A DNA stretch of 62,716 nucleotides, counting the filler, from Squatina squatina (taxonomy: Eukaryota), in the NCBI GenBank assembly GCA_031763465.1. It is 4 parts of 4 records of this genome, joined end to end, with 100 filler letters (N's around TTAATTAATTAA, not from the genome) between each part and the next. Parts side by side here need not be neighbours in the genome. Positions count along the whole stretch, not along the records: positions 1 to 20,983 come from JARFOE010000016.1; positions 21,084 to 35,305 come from JARFOE010000115.1; 2 more parts are not named here. One strand, given 5' to 3'. How positions within the stretch are numbered: position 1 is the first letter of the stretch; the number at the start of each line of letters is the position of its first letter. Shown here one piece after another: positions 12,047 to 25,068 of this stretch. A program made the translations under genes and the position numbers. Below the pieces are notes generated by a model that was not told the DNA's origin, searched no databases, and saw only the letters and a program-made list of their open reading frames with translations.

Positions 12047-15000
12047 NNNNNNNNNNNNNNNNNNNNNNNNNNNNNNNNNNNNNNNNNNNNNNNNNNNNNN
12101 NNNNNNNNNNNNNNNNNNNNNNNNNNNNNNNNNNNNNNNNNNNNNNTGAGTTTGGTGCTTTCCCTGATGGTTTACACTGATTTATGGCCATTTTTATGTT
12201 TGGGCGCATGTTAATGAGATTCTCCGGAAATTTGAATGCAATTTGACATTGGCAAATAGACTCAGAAAGGAGCAGAATTTGGAATGCAACTTCTGGGTTG
12301 TGCCTTTGCAGAGAAATTCCACACCACAACCTGTAACTTTTTCAAACCAAAAACAATCGTGGTTGAAATGACATTACATATATATGACAGCTGAATGGGA
12401 TTTTAGTCTAGGAGAACATACAAAAAAAACATATTACCATAGCAACTAGCTGGCTTTCGCCATAGATTCCTGTCATTGCCAAGGATCCCGTGAGCAAAGA
12501 GGTGAGCATTTAAGAAAATCTGACAGGCTCTCTCATCCCAGAATACTTACAACTTGTCAAAACATAGAACAAATTGGAGATGATCATTAACTAAACTCAT
12601 GTTAGCTCCACAAAAAAGTGAAAATACTAAATATTGACTCTTCCCGAGCTTAATTTGCTCTTTCATTCAATGATGCTCCCTATCAAAGGACACTCAAGGT
12701 TTGGCTCCGAAAAACTATAGGGGATAATACAGGTCACTATGTGAACCTTTCCACTTCAGTGAAATTAAAAGCAGATTACACCTCATGAATATGCATTCTT
12801 TAATTATTATTCAGTTGTTGTGTTAACACAAAAATGAAACTTTCTGAAGTTGAGCCTTTTCTCCAAGTGTCACATGGTCATTGAGTTTGTAATCTGTTCA
12901 TATTTGCATTAAAATATTTCCAATAACTAAACAATATTAATAATTTAATGGTACTTTATTCAGAAAATAAAATCTGGTTGTCAGAAACAAGAACACACAT
13001 TTCAATTCCTTATTAGTGTGATTTTTCCTAAAAATGCTCATGTTCTCATTTATGCAACAAGGGGTTGCCATGGTTACTGAAGGGCAGCTTGATATTTTAT
13101 GTACAGTCTCTCCAACAACTTCAGCAGAAGCTGCCCCTTGCACAGGCACAAATCAATGTTCTGACTTGTTTCTCTTGTAATTCAGCCTCAGAGCAAACAA
13201 ACACTAACTGTAAGGTGTTGCCTTGGCTCAGAGCTCTGCCAGCAGTAACTTCTGTTCAAAGTGTCCACTGGGGAGGAGGAATGAGCGCAGTCGCTTTCAT
13301 CTAAAACTTAACAAGGCAACAAAAAAAAACAAGTTTCCCCTTTCATGTCTAGAAATAAACACTCAAAACTCTGGATTTTCACCGTACAAACATCCAAACC
13401 ATTTCTTTTTATATATAAAATACTGCAAAGTAATTTGGATCACAAAATTACATTCCATAGCACAGGTTAAACCAGTTGCTTTAACAAATGTTTGTGTTCT
13501 ATTAAAGTTCAAATAATGACTTAAAATTCAGTCAAAGAATACATTTTTATTTAAATGCTTATTTTGGACATTAAAAATTTCAGGTATTGAGAAAAAATAG
13601 TGCACAAGACTTTTTTCAGAAAATATTTTGACAGATTTGTGGGGAAAAATAATAAAGCACCATGTGATGGTGCAACAGGAAGCTATCACAAGTAAATCAT
13701 AAAATTAACATTAAAACGCCTACTAGAGTGCAACAGGGAAACATAACAGGCCAGTGGGGATATTTCAACTTGGGAATTACGACATGAGTGTGTAAACTAA
13801 GTATGTTTTGCAATATATTATAGATGACTCCAGGGACTGAGTAGTGGAATAGGTTTGCACACTGTCCTTTTACCTGTAAGTCCTGGAATGATATCCAGTC
13901 CAGTTTCCTGGCTATAATGGTCCTTTNNNNNNNNNNNNNNNNNNNNNNNNNNNNNNNNNNNNNNNNNNNNNNNNNNNNNNNNNNNNNNNNNNNNNNNNNN
14001 NNNNNNNNNNNNNNNNNNNNNNNNNNTTCACACATCAGTACTTTTAAGCTGGCATCATTGTGTATCATCTCATTAACCTTTCAGCCAATCATTTTTTTTC
14101 CATTATCACTGTGACAAAGACATAAAAGGCTTAATACATTTTGAACACTCAGGCCTGTAAATTCAAGCATTCTGAAATATCCTATTACTAGGATATTCTC
14201 ATATTACCATTTTATACAAGAAATTTATTTCACCTGACTGGACAAAAACCATGCTGTTGGAGAGGAGTAGGAAATGAAAGATCCTTGCGACAGACACTTG
14301 AATCTCTTCAGCCACAGACAGGTCTCCAAGACACTGAAACGTCAGGAGTTTGCTGATGTCTCACTTGTTTTAAAAAAAAAGGCTCAAACTTAGATTTGTG
14401 TGTTTAAAACAGGTAAAGTTCACTCAACTCTGAATTTTGACTGGTTGCTAAAACCCTCAATAACAGGCTCCATTACAACTTAAAGTTGAATTAAGTTGTT
14501 TTGCGGAGAGTTTGACCCGAGCTGACACTTCAATGCAGTACTGAGGGAATGCTGCATTGTCAGGGGTGCCATTTTTGAAGGAGATGTTTAACTGATACCT
14601 CATCTGCCAGTTCAGGTGAACTCTATTTGGGGGTTATCGGAGTGTTCTGGTTAATAGTGTTCTCTCCACAGCACTAAAAATAGATCATTTATCNNNNNNN
14701 NNNNNNNNNNNNNNNNNNNNNNNNNNNNNNNNNNNNNNNNNNNNNNNNNNNNNNNNNNNNNNNNNNNNNNNNNNNNNNNNNNNNNNNNNNNNNCTGTTTG
14801 ATTCACTGCCACTTCTCTTCCAGGAATACCCACCTTGAAGAAGTTCTGCTTCTCTCTCCACAGAATGTTTCCAGCATTTTCTGTTTTGATTTCAGAATTC
14901 CAGTATTCACAGTATTTTGCTGCAGTTGGAGTCCTGACCTGTTTAATACAAAATTCAACTGCAGAAAGGCAGATAACAGTTTAAAAAAAAATGGTACTTT

Positions 15001-17541
15001 AACTTTGCAGATGCCTTCTTTATTAACTGAAAGGATACATCATATAAAGCAATACTACACAGCCTTCACATGAAAGATGACTTTTCAGGCCACTTAGAGA
15101 AAAGCAATTACAATACACAGAGCTTCCTGTTGTTTTCAATCAATACAGTATGGCTCCAATTACCTTCTTTAAGGAGCTGTAATCTGAGAAAAGATCTAGG
15201 CAACTGTACAGAAGAAGCTTTTATAAAGGAAATAACAGTGCTTGGCAAGATCTCGGAATAAAAAGTGCAGACACAAATATGGGAGTATGAATGTCAGACC
15301 TTTACTAAAATTCAAGTGATCTTTTAGCAGTTATATTGCAATTGAGAGTTCTCTGATCCCATTTGCGTTGTTCTGTGTTGTGCAATGTAGTACTAGATTT
15401 GTAACATTAAGATATTTATATGTGAAAATATCCAAATATACTTTTGTGCAGAATCCGTGGCCTTTAAAAAGATACATTCATTGTTGAAAGTTATCCAATT
15501 CACCACTGCCTACAGTATCTGGTATATAATTCCAGAAACATTACTCAACTAAGATCCATAAAACATAATTTTGTTACATTTGCACAATTATGTTTTGTTG
15601 AACAGGCACGTTCTGTAATATGTTATTTTTAGATCTGCAGCTGTAGTTATAAAACATTAGGCATAATTGCAGCCATGTTATGGTACTGAGATTTTGTTTT
15701 AGTGTTTAATGGGCCCTGTGGGGGAATGATCCACTCTGTACATTTGGGCATAATTAGTTTCTGTTTATTTAGCTTCAACTATCAAGATGGCAATGTTTTT
15801 GGTAGCTAAAGCCAGTGCAAGATCATCAAAGCGAGTGCTTCTGGAATGATCGTTCAACCTTCAAATGTTTCTGGTTACACATTTTCGGGGAAGGGGAAGG
15901 GGAGAAGAGCTGGGTAGAAAACAAGTATTTTTTAGAAAAAGATGTTCATCAAGGGGATAGATGTCTGTACTGTAAAATGATTTCTTTTCTACTTGCATCA
16001 CCTGGTGTCAACATTTGGCAGAAGAGGCTCAAGGGGCTGAATGGCCTACTCCTGTTCNNNNNNNNNNNNNNNNNNNNNNNNNNNNNNNNNNNNNNNNNNN
16101 NNNNNNNNNNNNNNNNNNNNNNNNNNNNNNNNNNNNNNNNNNNNNNNNNNNNNNNNNGACCTCAGGCAAGGACGAGATCAAACTTGGCTGCAATGCTTCA
16201 CTATGGTTCAATCACCTTACAAGACTCAATGTTTACCATTACATATAAAGAACAGCCACTTGGAAAAGGTATCAGAGAGCATCCAGCACCCTGTACAGCA
16301 AGAGTCAGTACCTTAAGGAGAGAACGAAGGTAGCAGGACATTTTTCTGCCGATTTTCTCTTCCTCCTCCCCTGAAGGCATTAATTCCTTGTTGGAATTTC
16401 ATATGCTCGAGCCACTCTTTAGTACTTTTCCCAACCATCCACTCCTAATCAGTGTGTGCCCTGGGGTATTTGATCCTGTGCTCAGCCATCATCATCAGCA
16501 AGGGTCAATGGATTGCGATCATAAGAAGAAACCTCGACCGATTTTCCCCACCCTGTAACATCCTTGCCACTGGCCCACTGGCCCAGCAGAGAACAGCTAT
16601 CTCAGCAAAGTCTTCCTGTCCGTATGGCTCAGCTACTCACTGCCTTAAACAGCCATGCCATTGGAGGAGCTCTGCTGTAGTGCAACCCAGGCCAGTAAGA
16701 TCAGAGTTGCAAATACAGGTCCCGTGTTAGATCATTAATATTCTAACCAAAGGGTTCCGATACCCACAACCTTTACTGTTTCATATAATCATACATTGAA
16801 TTGTACCAAATCTGTCACATTGGGCAACACCAGTTTGTCATTGCAGGGAATGAAAGTACGAGAAAATAAATAGATCAGGAAAAAAATTAACATTTTGATT
16901 GGTAAACATAAATAAAATCTGTACTTCATGTTCCTTTCACCAAATGCACTTAAAGTAATGTAATTGCACAACTTATTTCTCACTTCTCAGACAGTAATCA
17001 ATCAGTTTTGTACATGTCAGATCTTCTTAGCAGGTGGCACTTAACTTTAATACAGGCAATTATTCACACACAGCGCATAGAATATGAGACTAAGTTGCTC
17101 AGGCTTTGTGAGCTGCCAGCAGTTCTGACCCCTCTTTTCATCACACAAACTGTTAAATCAAGATGAAGAACAAAATAGTCTGTACCTTTTTGCCATGTGC
17201 TGCTCCCATGCTGTTGGTTCTCCTCACTCCTCTTCAGGATCTGCAGCCGTTTCCCCTGAACANNNNNNNNNNNNNNNNNNNNNNNNNNNNNNNNNNNNNN
17301 NNNNNNNNNNNNNNNNNNNNNNNNNNNNNNNNNNNNNNNNNNNNNNNNNNNNNNNNNNNNNNAAGAGCTGCACCATGGATTGGTTGAAACTCCTTCAACA
17401 GAGGATGTGGGAGACAGGTGTGAGAAAACATTGCCTGAATGACCCAATATTCACCCTGTGGGGGAAAACTATCACAACACTTAGGCACTCAAAGTTGCTC
17501 AGCAGTAATAAAAGTAAGCACTATCTGCCACTCAAACCTCA

Positions 17542-17688
<147 letters not shown>

Positions 17689-18243
17689 TCACAGACTTAT
17701 GGAAAAGATCAGTTGCCAGACAGGTTTGCTCTGACCTGGATTCCAAAATCAGGAGCCACCTCACAGGTGTGGGGAAAAGAAAAATCTCGCTGCTAGAACA
17801 TGGCTTTGAAACTTGAAATTTCTGAGAATTAATTGTTAGCGCTTCATACATTTGGGATGAAAAGTAACACCCTCCTAGTTTTAGTTAATGAGGAACCACT
17901 TTCCTAATCGTAGTTCATTCATGGCCACTTTTAGGTGACGGAATGAGTCCACTTCGTGGAAAAGACCCTGTGGGATGGACTGAATCGAAGACTGGCTATT
18001 GGCACACAAGCTGCAGGAACTGCGAAGGCAGGGTTCGAAGTACATTGGTGTACTTCAAATCAAGAAATCCAAAATAAAAACAGAAAATGCTGGAAAGTCA
18101 CTGACCAAGTTCTGACCAAGGCTCCCCTGTGAAATATTAAACATCTTCTCTCTCTCAGGCTGCTGTACATTTCTGCAACTTTATTCCTTGTATATATTTT
18201 TGCCTTTAAGCTGGCAAAACAAGAACAAGTTTAGCATACTTAC

Positions 18244-18317
18244 CACTTCACTCTCATCATCAGATTCGGAGCTGGAACTTTCTTCTTCACCTGCCCCATC
18301 ACCATAGCGATCCTTCA
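18244..18317 (-). CDS. KRI1: KRI1 exon 2
   Basis: ttttcag|(L)KDRYGDGAGEEESSSSESDDESEV|gtaagt; phases join exon 1 and exon 3. Confidence 0.9.
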
Positions 18318-18699
18318 CTGAAAATCAAATAGAAAGATCTGAAGTGGTTTAGAATGACCATAACTACCATTCTAAAAACAGAAAAAGTTCTCATCATATG
18401 ATGGATCAAAATAAATACTAACGGATTTCATTGTCAATCAGCAACATAGAATTTAATCGCACAGTGCAGTAATACAAATACTAAAGAAATTCATCCTCAA
18501 AGGCCAAAAAATGTTTGTATTACCTAGGGGTGAACTATGAGGCTTAATTAAGTCATACTGAGACATTACATCAAAGAGTTTTGATGAAGTAGATAGGGAG
18601 AAACTGTTTCTACTTTTTTTTGATATATTACATACAGACATTATAAAAACATATTTGGTACGCACAAGTAAAATATATTTTAATACCCATCTCTACTGT

Positions 18700-19200
18700 A
18701 AATAAATAGATGCATAATTATATATCTCTTATTTATCTCTACTGTAGAGATAGTTACTATGTAATAGATATAGNNNNNNNNNNNNNNNNNNNNNNNNNNN
18801 NNNNNNNNNNNNNNNNNNNNNNNNNNNNNNNNNNNNNNNNNNNNNNNNNNNNNNNNNNNNNNNNNNNNNNNNNNNNNNNNNNNNNNNNNNNNNNNNNNNN
18901 NNNNNNNNNATAGATTATAGAGATAGATTTTTAGATTATATATATTTATATGGAGATTTAATATATAGGACATAGATTATATATATTTATATGGAGATAT
19001 TTAATATAGAGATAGATTATCTATAGCGATAGATTATCTATAGCGATATTATACAGATATGAAAATCTCAAAAAAAAAATATATATATATGTGTATATAT
19101 AAATCCATAGATAGATGTGTATAAATCTATAGAGGTGTATAAATCCTTAGGAGGTGTATAAATCCATGTGTTTTATATTTTTCTCTATGTAGATATCTGT
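18700..19200. repeat. Low-complexity TA/TAGA-rich degenerate simple repeat in KRI1 intron 1
   Basis: repeated tagattat/atatag/gtgtataaat units on both sides of a gap. Confidence 0.8.
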
Positions 19201-19339
19201 AGTGTTTTTAAGGCGAAATTTTGAATATTTTCAGCGCTTGATTGAATCAGGTGAGGTTGTTCTGTCAGGGTTTGGGGCCTGGGGCCTACTCCGACAGGCT
19301 TCGTGCTGCCACACTAAACCAAGAATTAAACTCGAACCG

Positions 19340-19560
19340 AACTACCCGTCCCTCCGCGCTACTCTACTCACACCGCTGCAGCTCCTCCTTCTGCCGGTAC
19401 CTCTCGTACCTGCCGGCGAACTGCTGGTTGATCCTAAGCTCCGGGCCCGACTCCATGGCCGTTACCATGCGCACCGCCCGACCCCCGCAACACCGGGTCA
19501 GAGGCCAGGGGTCACAGACAGCCAGCCACCAATCACGGGCCGCAGCAGCATTTAAAGGGA
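19340..19560 (-). promoter_or_regulatory. CpG-rich KRI1 promoter/first exon with CCAAT box
   Basis: local CpG enrichment in otherwise CpG-poor DNA; CCAATCA near 19528; GC-rich tracts. Confidence 0.6.
19372..19468 (-). CDS. KRI1: KRI1 exon 1 (40S ribosome biogenesis factor)
   Basis: MVTAMESGPELRINQQFAGRYERYRQKEELQR|gtgagt (second in-frame ATG at 19456); resembles human [28 protein letters not shown]. Confidence 0.9.
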
Positions 19561-20863
19561 CACACCCGTGTCCCTGCAGCCTTGCTCACACACCGCAGAC
19601 ATGGCTGGACTCATTTGGAAATCCACCAGTGTTCACTGTGGATATTTCCAGTGCAATTTATTTTGAAATATGCATTCTAAGTTCCTTCAAAAATAAAAAT
19701 GAACAAAAAAACCCCAATGTAAATGCACTGTTGTATTTCTCTCTAAAGTCCACAGCCTGTATGCAAGCTGTAGTGTGTGCCCTGTGAAGCTTTAGCATGG
19801 ATAAAGATTACATTAATTGCTCATGACACAATGTGATGATGCACAGAGCACATGGATGGATTTACATAGAATGTGACAGCTTTGAGTTGCCTGTCTTTTA
19901 CCGCACAGAAGGTGGTCCGTCTGCATGTGGACCCGGGTCTTCCCACGCATGCATGTGGATTTCTTCCTGGCAGTAATGCCAGCCATTTTAGTACTACTAT
20001 AGATCCATGCAACCTGGTACATTCTGTGGAACAACTGCTGGTGGGGCTAGCATCAGTTAGGGCATTGCAGTCAGACAATTCTTCAACATTAGCTCAAAAT
20101 CCTCTTAGTCTCCAGTTGATCAACAGTTGAGTTACAATACGTTTACACGAGTGAACTGCAACTTTCTCAGTCCTTTACTTGAAGCAGGGTTTTTTAAAAA
20201 GTGTCTGAATATTTGAGTGGCCAACTTTAAGGTGGATTAACTGATGGGCCCAGAAATTACACAATTATAATATACACATCTTTACATATTTTAACCATTG
20301 ATATAGATAATCAAAATATAAATCTTGCATTTCTCAAAACCGAGGACTCATATTTTACCCCAGATTGTGTCAGCCAGCAATTTCTTTTTCTGAAATGCCT
20401 AACGGGATTAAATCAACTCCTTCTTGCATCTATTTTTATCATTGCTGACTTTGTAAATAAAGTTCAAAACCAGCTATGATCAACATTTCTTACCACCTGC
20501 TCATTTTATTCATTGGATGTCCTTTCAAGGGCACAAAAAGTTAATTTCTGGCTGCTAAGAGTCCTCACAAGACTGATCTGGTTTTATAAAGCAGACCTAT
20601 GACTTACACTAGGTCTCGCTGGTCGTTCTGATATTCTAAACAAAGCTACAAAACATTTGTTTACAGTTACATCCAGCCAAACTTAAAAAGTAATCATCGC
20701 ATACTAATATTAAACAATGTCTAGGCTCAGCATTATAATGGAACATCCATTGTGTACCTGTTTTTAGAGTCACAAGTTTAAGTTATCTTCTTGAATACAT
20801 TCCAATAATGCTTATTAATTTGAGTAAAAGTTCTACCCATTGAGTATGAATTAGTCTAATCCT

Positions 20864-20970
20864 ATTATGGTTCCAATCCAACTCGACTGTAGTTTCAGTC
20901 CACTTAATTATGGTTACAACCTCGCTCTGTTATAGTTTTAATCCAGTTTATTATAGCTGCAATCCACAGG
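20864..20970. repeat. Degenerate ~21-22 bp tandem repeat
   Basis: about 5 units resembling TTATAGTTACAATCCAGTTTA. Confidence 0.55.
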
Positions 20971-20983
20971 CATCAGATACATT

Positions 20984-21083
20984 NNNNNNNNNNNNNNNNN
21001 NNNNNNNNNNNNNNNNNNNNNNNNNNNTTAATTAATTAANNNNNNNNNNNNNNNNNNNNNNNNNNNNNNNNNNNNNNNNNNNN
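20984..21083. other. Artificial scaffold spacer N44-TTAATTAATTAA-N44
   Basis: exactly 100 nt; palindrome with stop codons in all six frames. Confidence 0.95.
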
Positions 21084-21231
21084 GATATGAGTATGATTGG
21101 TGCTGACAGTGGAACGGTATCATTGGCTGAGACACCATGCCGCGGTGGAGCGGATGTTTGGCCTTGGTGACGATCATTTCCGGTGCTGCGATCCGATCCT
21201 GGGGTTAGGCCGAGAAATCCAAGATGGCGGC
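21084..21231 (+). promoter_or_regulatory. CpG-rich UBR2 promoter/5'UTR
   Basis: two ATTGG (CCAAT) boxes near 21097 and 21122, ETS-like TTTCCGG, YY1 motif CAAGATGGCGGC overlapping the start codon. Confidence 0.6.
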
Positions 21232-21301
21232 CACTGAGGCGGAGGAGGTTCCGTCCATCCCGAAGTTTTTAATGGACTGTTCGGCGAAGGACATCGCCTT
21301 G
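21224..21301 (+). CDS. UBR2: UBR2 exon 1
   Basis: MAATEAEEVPSIPKFLMDCSAKDIAL|gtacga, 78 nt; resembles human MASELEPEV..LLECSAEEIAG. Confidence 0.88.
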
Positions 21302-22310
21302 GTACGAGCTATCATACACGTTGCGTTTATTTCCCTCTAACCGATGCGTGGGAAACTAGTGTTCATTTTGTGTATGTGTGTGTTTTGACAATTCCAATCA
21401 GCAGTTTGTGTTTCTCAGACAGGGGGAAGGTTGCTAAGTAAAGACCTATCCCAGGCCTGCGGCGTTGTCCTCGGATTTGCTGAGACATGGTGTCACTCGG
21501 TCAGGTAAAGAAAAAAGGTGGCGAGAACACGAGCATAGCTTCAGCTCATGTATGGATCTGCGCAAAATGATAGTGTTTTAAAAAATATAAATGACTTCTT
21601 TTACATCTGAAGGTCTATTCGTGTTGTTAACTTACCGGACTCGACACTTCCTGCTGTTGACATGAAGTTCCAACCTCATCAGAAGCAAATTCTTCGGCAT
21701 CCAGTCTAATTATATGTAACCGGTATTTAAATACCCCGAATCCGGAGCGCGAGGAGCAGGTTGCTTTCTGAAAATGAACGTTAGGAGTTAAAATATTAAT
21801 GAAGAAATACCAGCTGTTATATTCTGTTAGTTGGCCACACTCCAAATGCCTTAAAGTTATCACAATTTAGTAGTGTACAAGCTCTGGTAAATATGCACTT
21901 CAGTTGTGAATTGGAGTTTATTTTTGAGATACATTTTTATAAACATTTGAATAGGTTTAAAACCTTGGAAAGCCTGTTATGTAACATGGTATGGTGTCTA
22001 TATTACATAAGCGATGTTTCATGGGCTATCTTTTTCAACGATGACAACAACAACTTGTATTTTATAGAAACAGAGTAAATAGGTGTAGGAGAAGGCCATT
22101 CAGCCCTTCGAGCCTGCACCGCCATTCAACACGATCATGGCTAATCTTTGAACTCAGTACCCCATACCTGCTTTCTCTCCATACCCCCTGATCCCCCTTG
22201 TAGTAAGGGCNNNNNNNNNNNNNNNNNNNNNNNNNNNNNNNNNNNNNNNNNNNNNNNNNNNNNNNNNNNNNNNNNNNNNNNNNNNNNNNNNNNNNNNNNN
22301 NNNNNNNNNN

Positions 22311-22750
22311 GATTTCCTGGAATGGTTCCAGTGATGAGGGATTACAGTTACATGAACAGACTGGAGAAGCTTGGGTTGTTTTTCTTAGGAGATTTGATAG
22401 AGGTGTTTAAAGTCATTGAGGATTTAGATAAGAGAAAATTAAAAAAAATTGTTTTCAATGGCTGAAGGGCTGATAACCACCACAGTGTACAGATTTAAGG
22501 TGATTGGCAAAAGAACCGGAGGCAACATTAGGAAGAAACTATTTTGACGCAATGAATGGTTTGGATTTGGGATGCACAGCTTGATAGGGTGGTGCCTACA
22601 TATTCAATAGTAGCCTTCAAAAGGGATTTGGGCAAATACTTGAAGAAAAAATTGGAAGGGTCCAGGGAAAGAGCCCGGTAGTGGTACTCACTGGATGCTC
22701 TTCGAAAGAGCCAGTGCAGACTAGATGGATCGAATGACGTCCTCCTGTGC
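22311..22750 (+). mobile_element. CR1 LINE 3' end, decayed
   Basis: ..RLEKLGLF..GDLIEVFK.. and 3' tail ..gaatgacgtcctcctgtgct. Confidence 0.75.
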
Positions 22751-23136
22751 TTTACTTTTTCTTGGATTTATTTAGCGCCTTCAAGTTAGAAAAATGTCCC
22801 AAGGGGCTTCACAAAGGCGTAATGAGGCAAATACATTCTAAGATCTGGTCATCTTTCTTACTGCAACCATGCACTGTGCGGTTGGCTTCCTTGAACTGCC
22901 TACCAGAGCTGATCTCACATTCATTGAACTTGCAATGAAGATTGGTTGATTTGCTGTGAAAAATGTAACTCGTAAACTTTGCAAAAAAATACTTGTCCCT
23001 TAACTTGTACTATTGTTATGTTTTGTACATTTTTAATGAAATTGCTAAGATTAAATTTCACATTTGATTTCTTTTGAATGTGAATATATGTTTTAAATAT
23101 TTTGCGAGAATCAAATATTTTGTGTCTTCTTCTTAG

Positions 23137-23396
23137 AACTGGCTTCAAGCAACAGATTTGACCAGGGATGTGTACCAGCACCTTGCCTATTATGTACCAA
23201 AGATTTACTGTAGAGGCTCTAACCCTAATCCACTTAATGAAGAAATGTTAGCTCAGCATATTTTGTTGGGGCCAATGGAATGGTACCTGTGTGGAGAGGA
23301 TCCTGCTGTTGGAATGACCAAACTTGAAAAGGCAAACAAGTCATCACAGCTCTGTGGACGTGTTTTCAAAATTGGAGAGCCTACCTACTCTTGCAG
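23137..23396 (+). CDS. UBR2: UBR2 exon 2 (start of UBR-box zinc finger)
   Basis: ttag|NWLQATDLTRDVYQHLAYYVPKIYC..LCGRVFKIGEPTYSCR|gtacag. Confidence 0.95.
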
Positions 23397-23887
23397 GTAC
23401 AGAAATCATAGCAAGTTACATTCTGTTGAATTCTATCTGTATATTTGGTATTGTGATCGGTGTGGATACTGACAAGTTTTTGAACAGGAATCATACCACA
23501 ATATCAGTGTCATTTTAATATTGGTCCGGAGGTTGTCGTCAGTGGTGAAGGAATGGCACTTGCCGTTCACTACGCTGACAGCTGCCCAGAGTTTTCACAT
23601 ACTTTTCGGTGGAGACTTGCCATCATGGGGCATCTTATGCGGCGTGGTGTCCTTAACAGGGAATCTGTAGTGAGAGCAGGGAAGAAATAGTGAGGCTNNN
23701 NNNNNNNNNNNNNNNNNNNNNNNNNNNNNNNNNNNNNNNNNNNNNNNNNNNNNNNNNNNNNNNNNNNNNNNNNNNNNNNNNNNNNNNNNNNNNNNNNGGC
23801 ATGGCTTTCATTTTTGAATACTTTTTTTTTAATCATCAAAGACGATTAAGGAAATTGTAAATACTTGTGTGATTACTTTCTCTTTAG

Positions 23888-24026
23888 GGAAAAGGAAGAT
23901 ACATACTATTGCATGTTATTTAATGATGAAGTCCATACTTATGAGCAAGTGATTTACACCTTGCAGAAGGCTGTGAACTGCACACAGAAAGAAGCTGTCA
24001 GCTTTGCAACCACTGTGGATAGAGAT
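23888..24026 (+). CDS. UBR2: UBR2 exon (ClpS-like N-domain)
   Basis: tttag|EKEDTYYCMLFNDEVHTYEQVIYTLQKAVNCTQKEAVSFATTVDRD|gtgagt. Confidence 0.95.
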
Positions 24027-24837
24027 GTGAGTTTTCATTTTTGGAATGATATTTTCCACTTGTAACATGTACATTGTAAGTTTACCAAAAGCAGTTGCAG
24101 TTGGAAAAATTTACAGTGAAATGGTAAAAGTGCTGAAATTCAATTCTGCAGATGTAATTCAGTTATGGAAGTGAGAAAAACAACTGGATGATCCTGTAGC
24201 TTCTAATTTCCATATTGTGTATAGAATGTGTGTGTGTGTGGTGTGTTGCCCAAGATGTATCTATTGGAGGCATAACTTGTAATATTTCCACAGTTTGACA
24301 GCATAAATACAAAAAAAATCTCTTCTTTTCATTCTTGTAGCTAATGGAAGGACCTATATTTGGAGGGGGTGATGAATTCCAATTCAGTGTATTTTCTCTT
24401 TCCTGTTTCTGTCACCTATACTCCCTACTCAGTAAGTCAACCTACTCACTGGCTGTTTTCAGTTTCTGAAAATAGCAATCCACCAGAAAGTATGATTCAA
24501 TCTCTCTTTCTGCCCCGCCCCCCAGCAGCACCTTAGTCGCACAGCTGAAGTTAGCAACTTGCCATATGGAGAGTTAAAGAAGCAAACCCATAGCCAAACA
24601 TTATATATCAGTGCCACACCACACTTTCAGATGCAATGTTGCAGGAACTAAAAACTCTCCTTAAAGGGACTCAGCTTTTCTCTTGTGGAATGTTTGACTT
24701 CTTGGAATTCTTTTTGGTGTATCTTGTGTACATCTTGGTTTTTAATACTGATGACATCTCTTGATTTAGAGTTTATGTTGGAGTTCAGGTTGTGAAAGGT
24801 TTTGTTTGTAAAATATTTTAATTTTTGTTATTTTCAG

Positions 24838-24900
24838 GGTCGTAGATCAGTCCGATATGGTGACTTCCAGTTTTGTGAGCAGGCAAAAACAGTAATCGTG
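24838..24900 (+). CDS. UBR2: UBR2 exon (ClpS-like domain)
   Basis: tttcag|GRRSVRYGDFQFCEQAKTVIV|gtgaga. Confidence 0.93.
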
Positions 24901-24963
24901 GTGAGAAGTTTCCCCTCAACATTTAAATAAAATGTATGTGTGTGTGTTTATGAAAACAATTAT

Positions 24964-24964
<1 letters not shown>

Positions 24965-25008
<44 letters not shown>
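24965..25008 (+). repeat. (GT)22 microsatellite in a short UBR2 intron
   Basis: perfect GT run. Confidence 0.95.
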
Positions 25009-25010
<2 letters not shown>

Positions 25011-25068
25011 TCTTCTGACCTTCAACAGCTTGATAACTGATTTTTTTTCAATGTTTGATTTGCTCTAG

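Noticed and set aside
14234-14340. Possible alternative first exon of FAM107A (MVFVQS|gtgaaa on - strand)
   Set aside because: Weak donor and no recognisable homology
19202-19787. Plus-strand ORFs of 117 and 181 aa
   Set aside because: Antisense shadows of GC-rich KRI1 exon 1 and promoter, with no recognisable domain
21137-21208. 23-codon uORF upstream of UBR2
   Set aside because: Its ATG lies only about 10 nt after a CCAAT box, so it is probably upstream of the transcription start
19468-21224. KRI1 and UBR2 as a bidirectional gene pair
   Set aside because: They are separated by an artificial scaffold spacer
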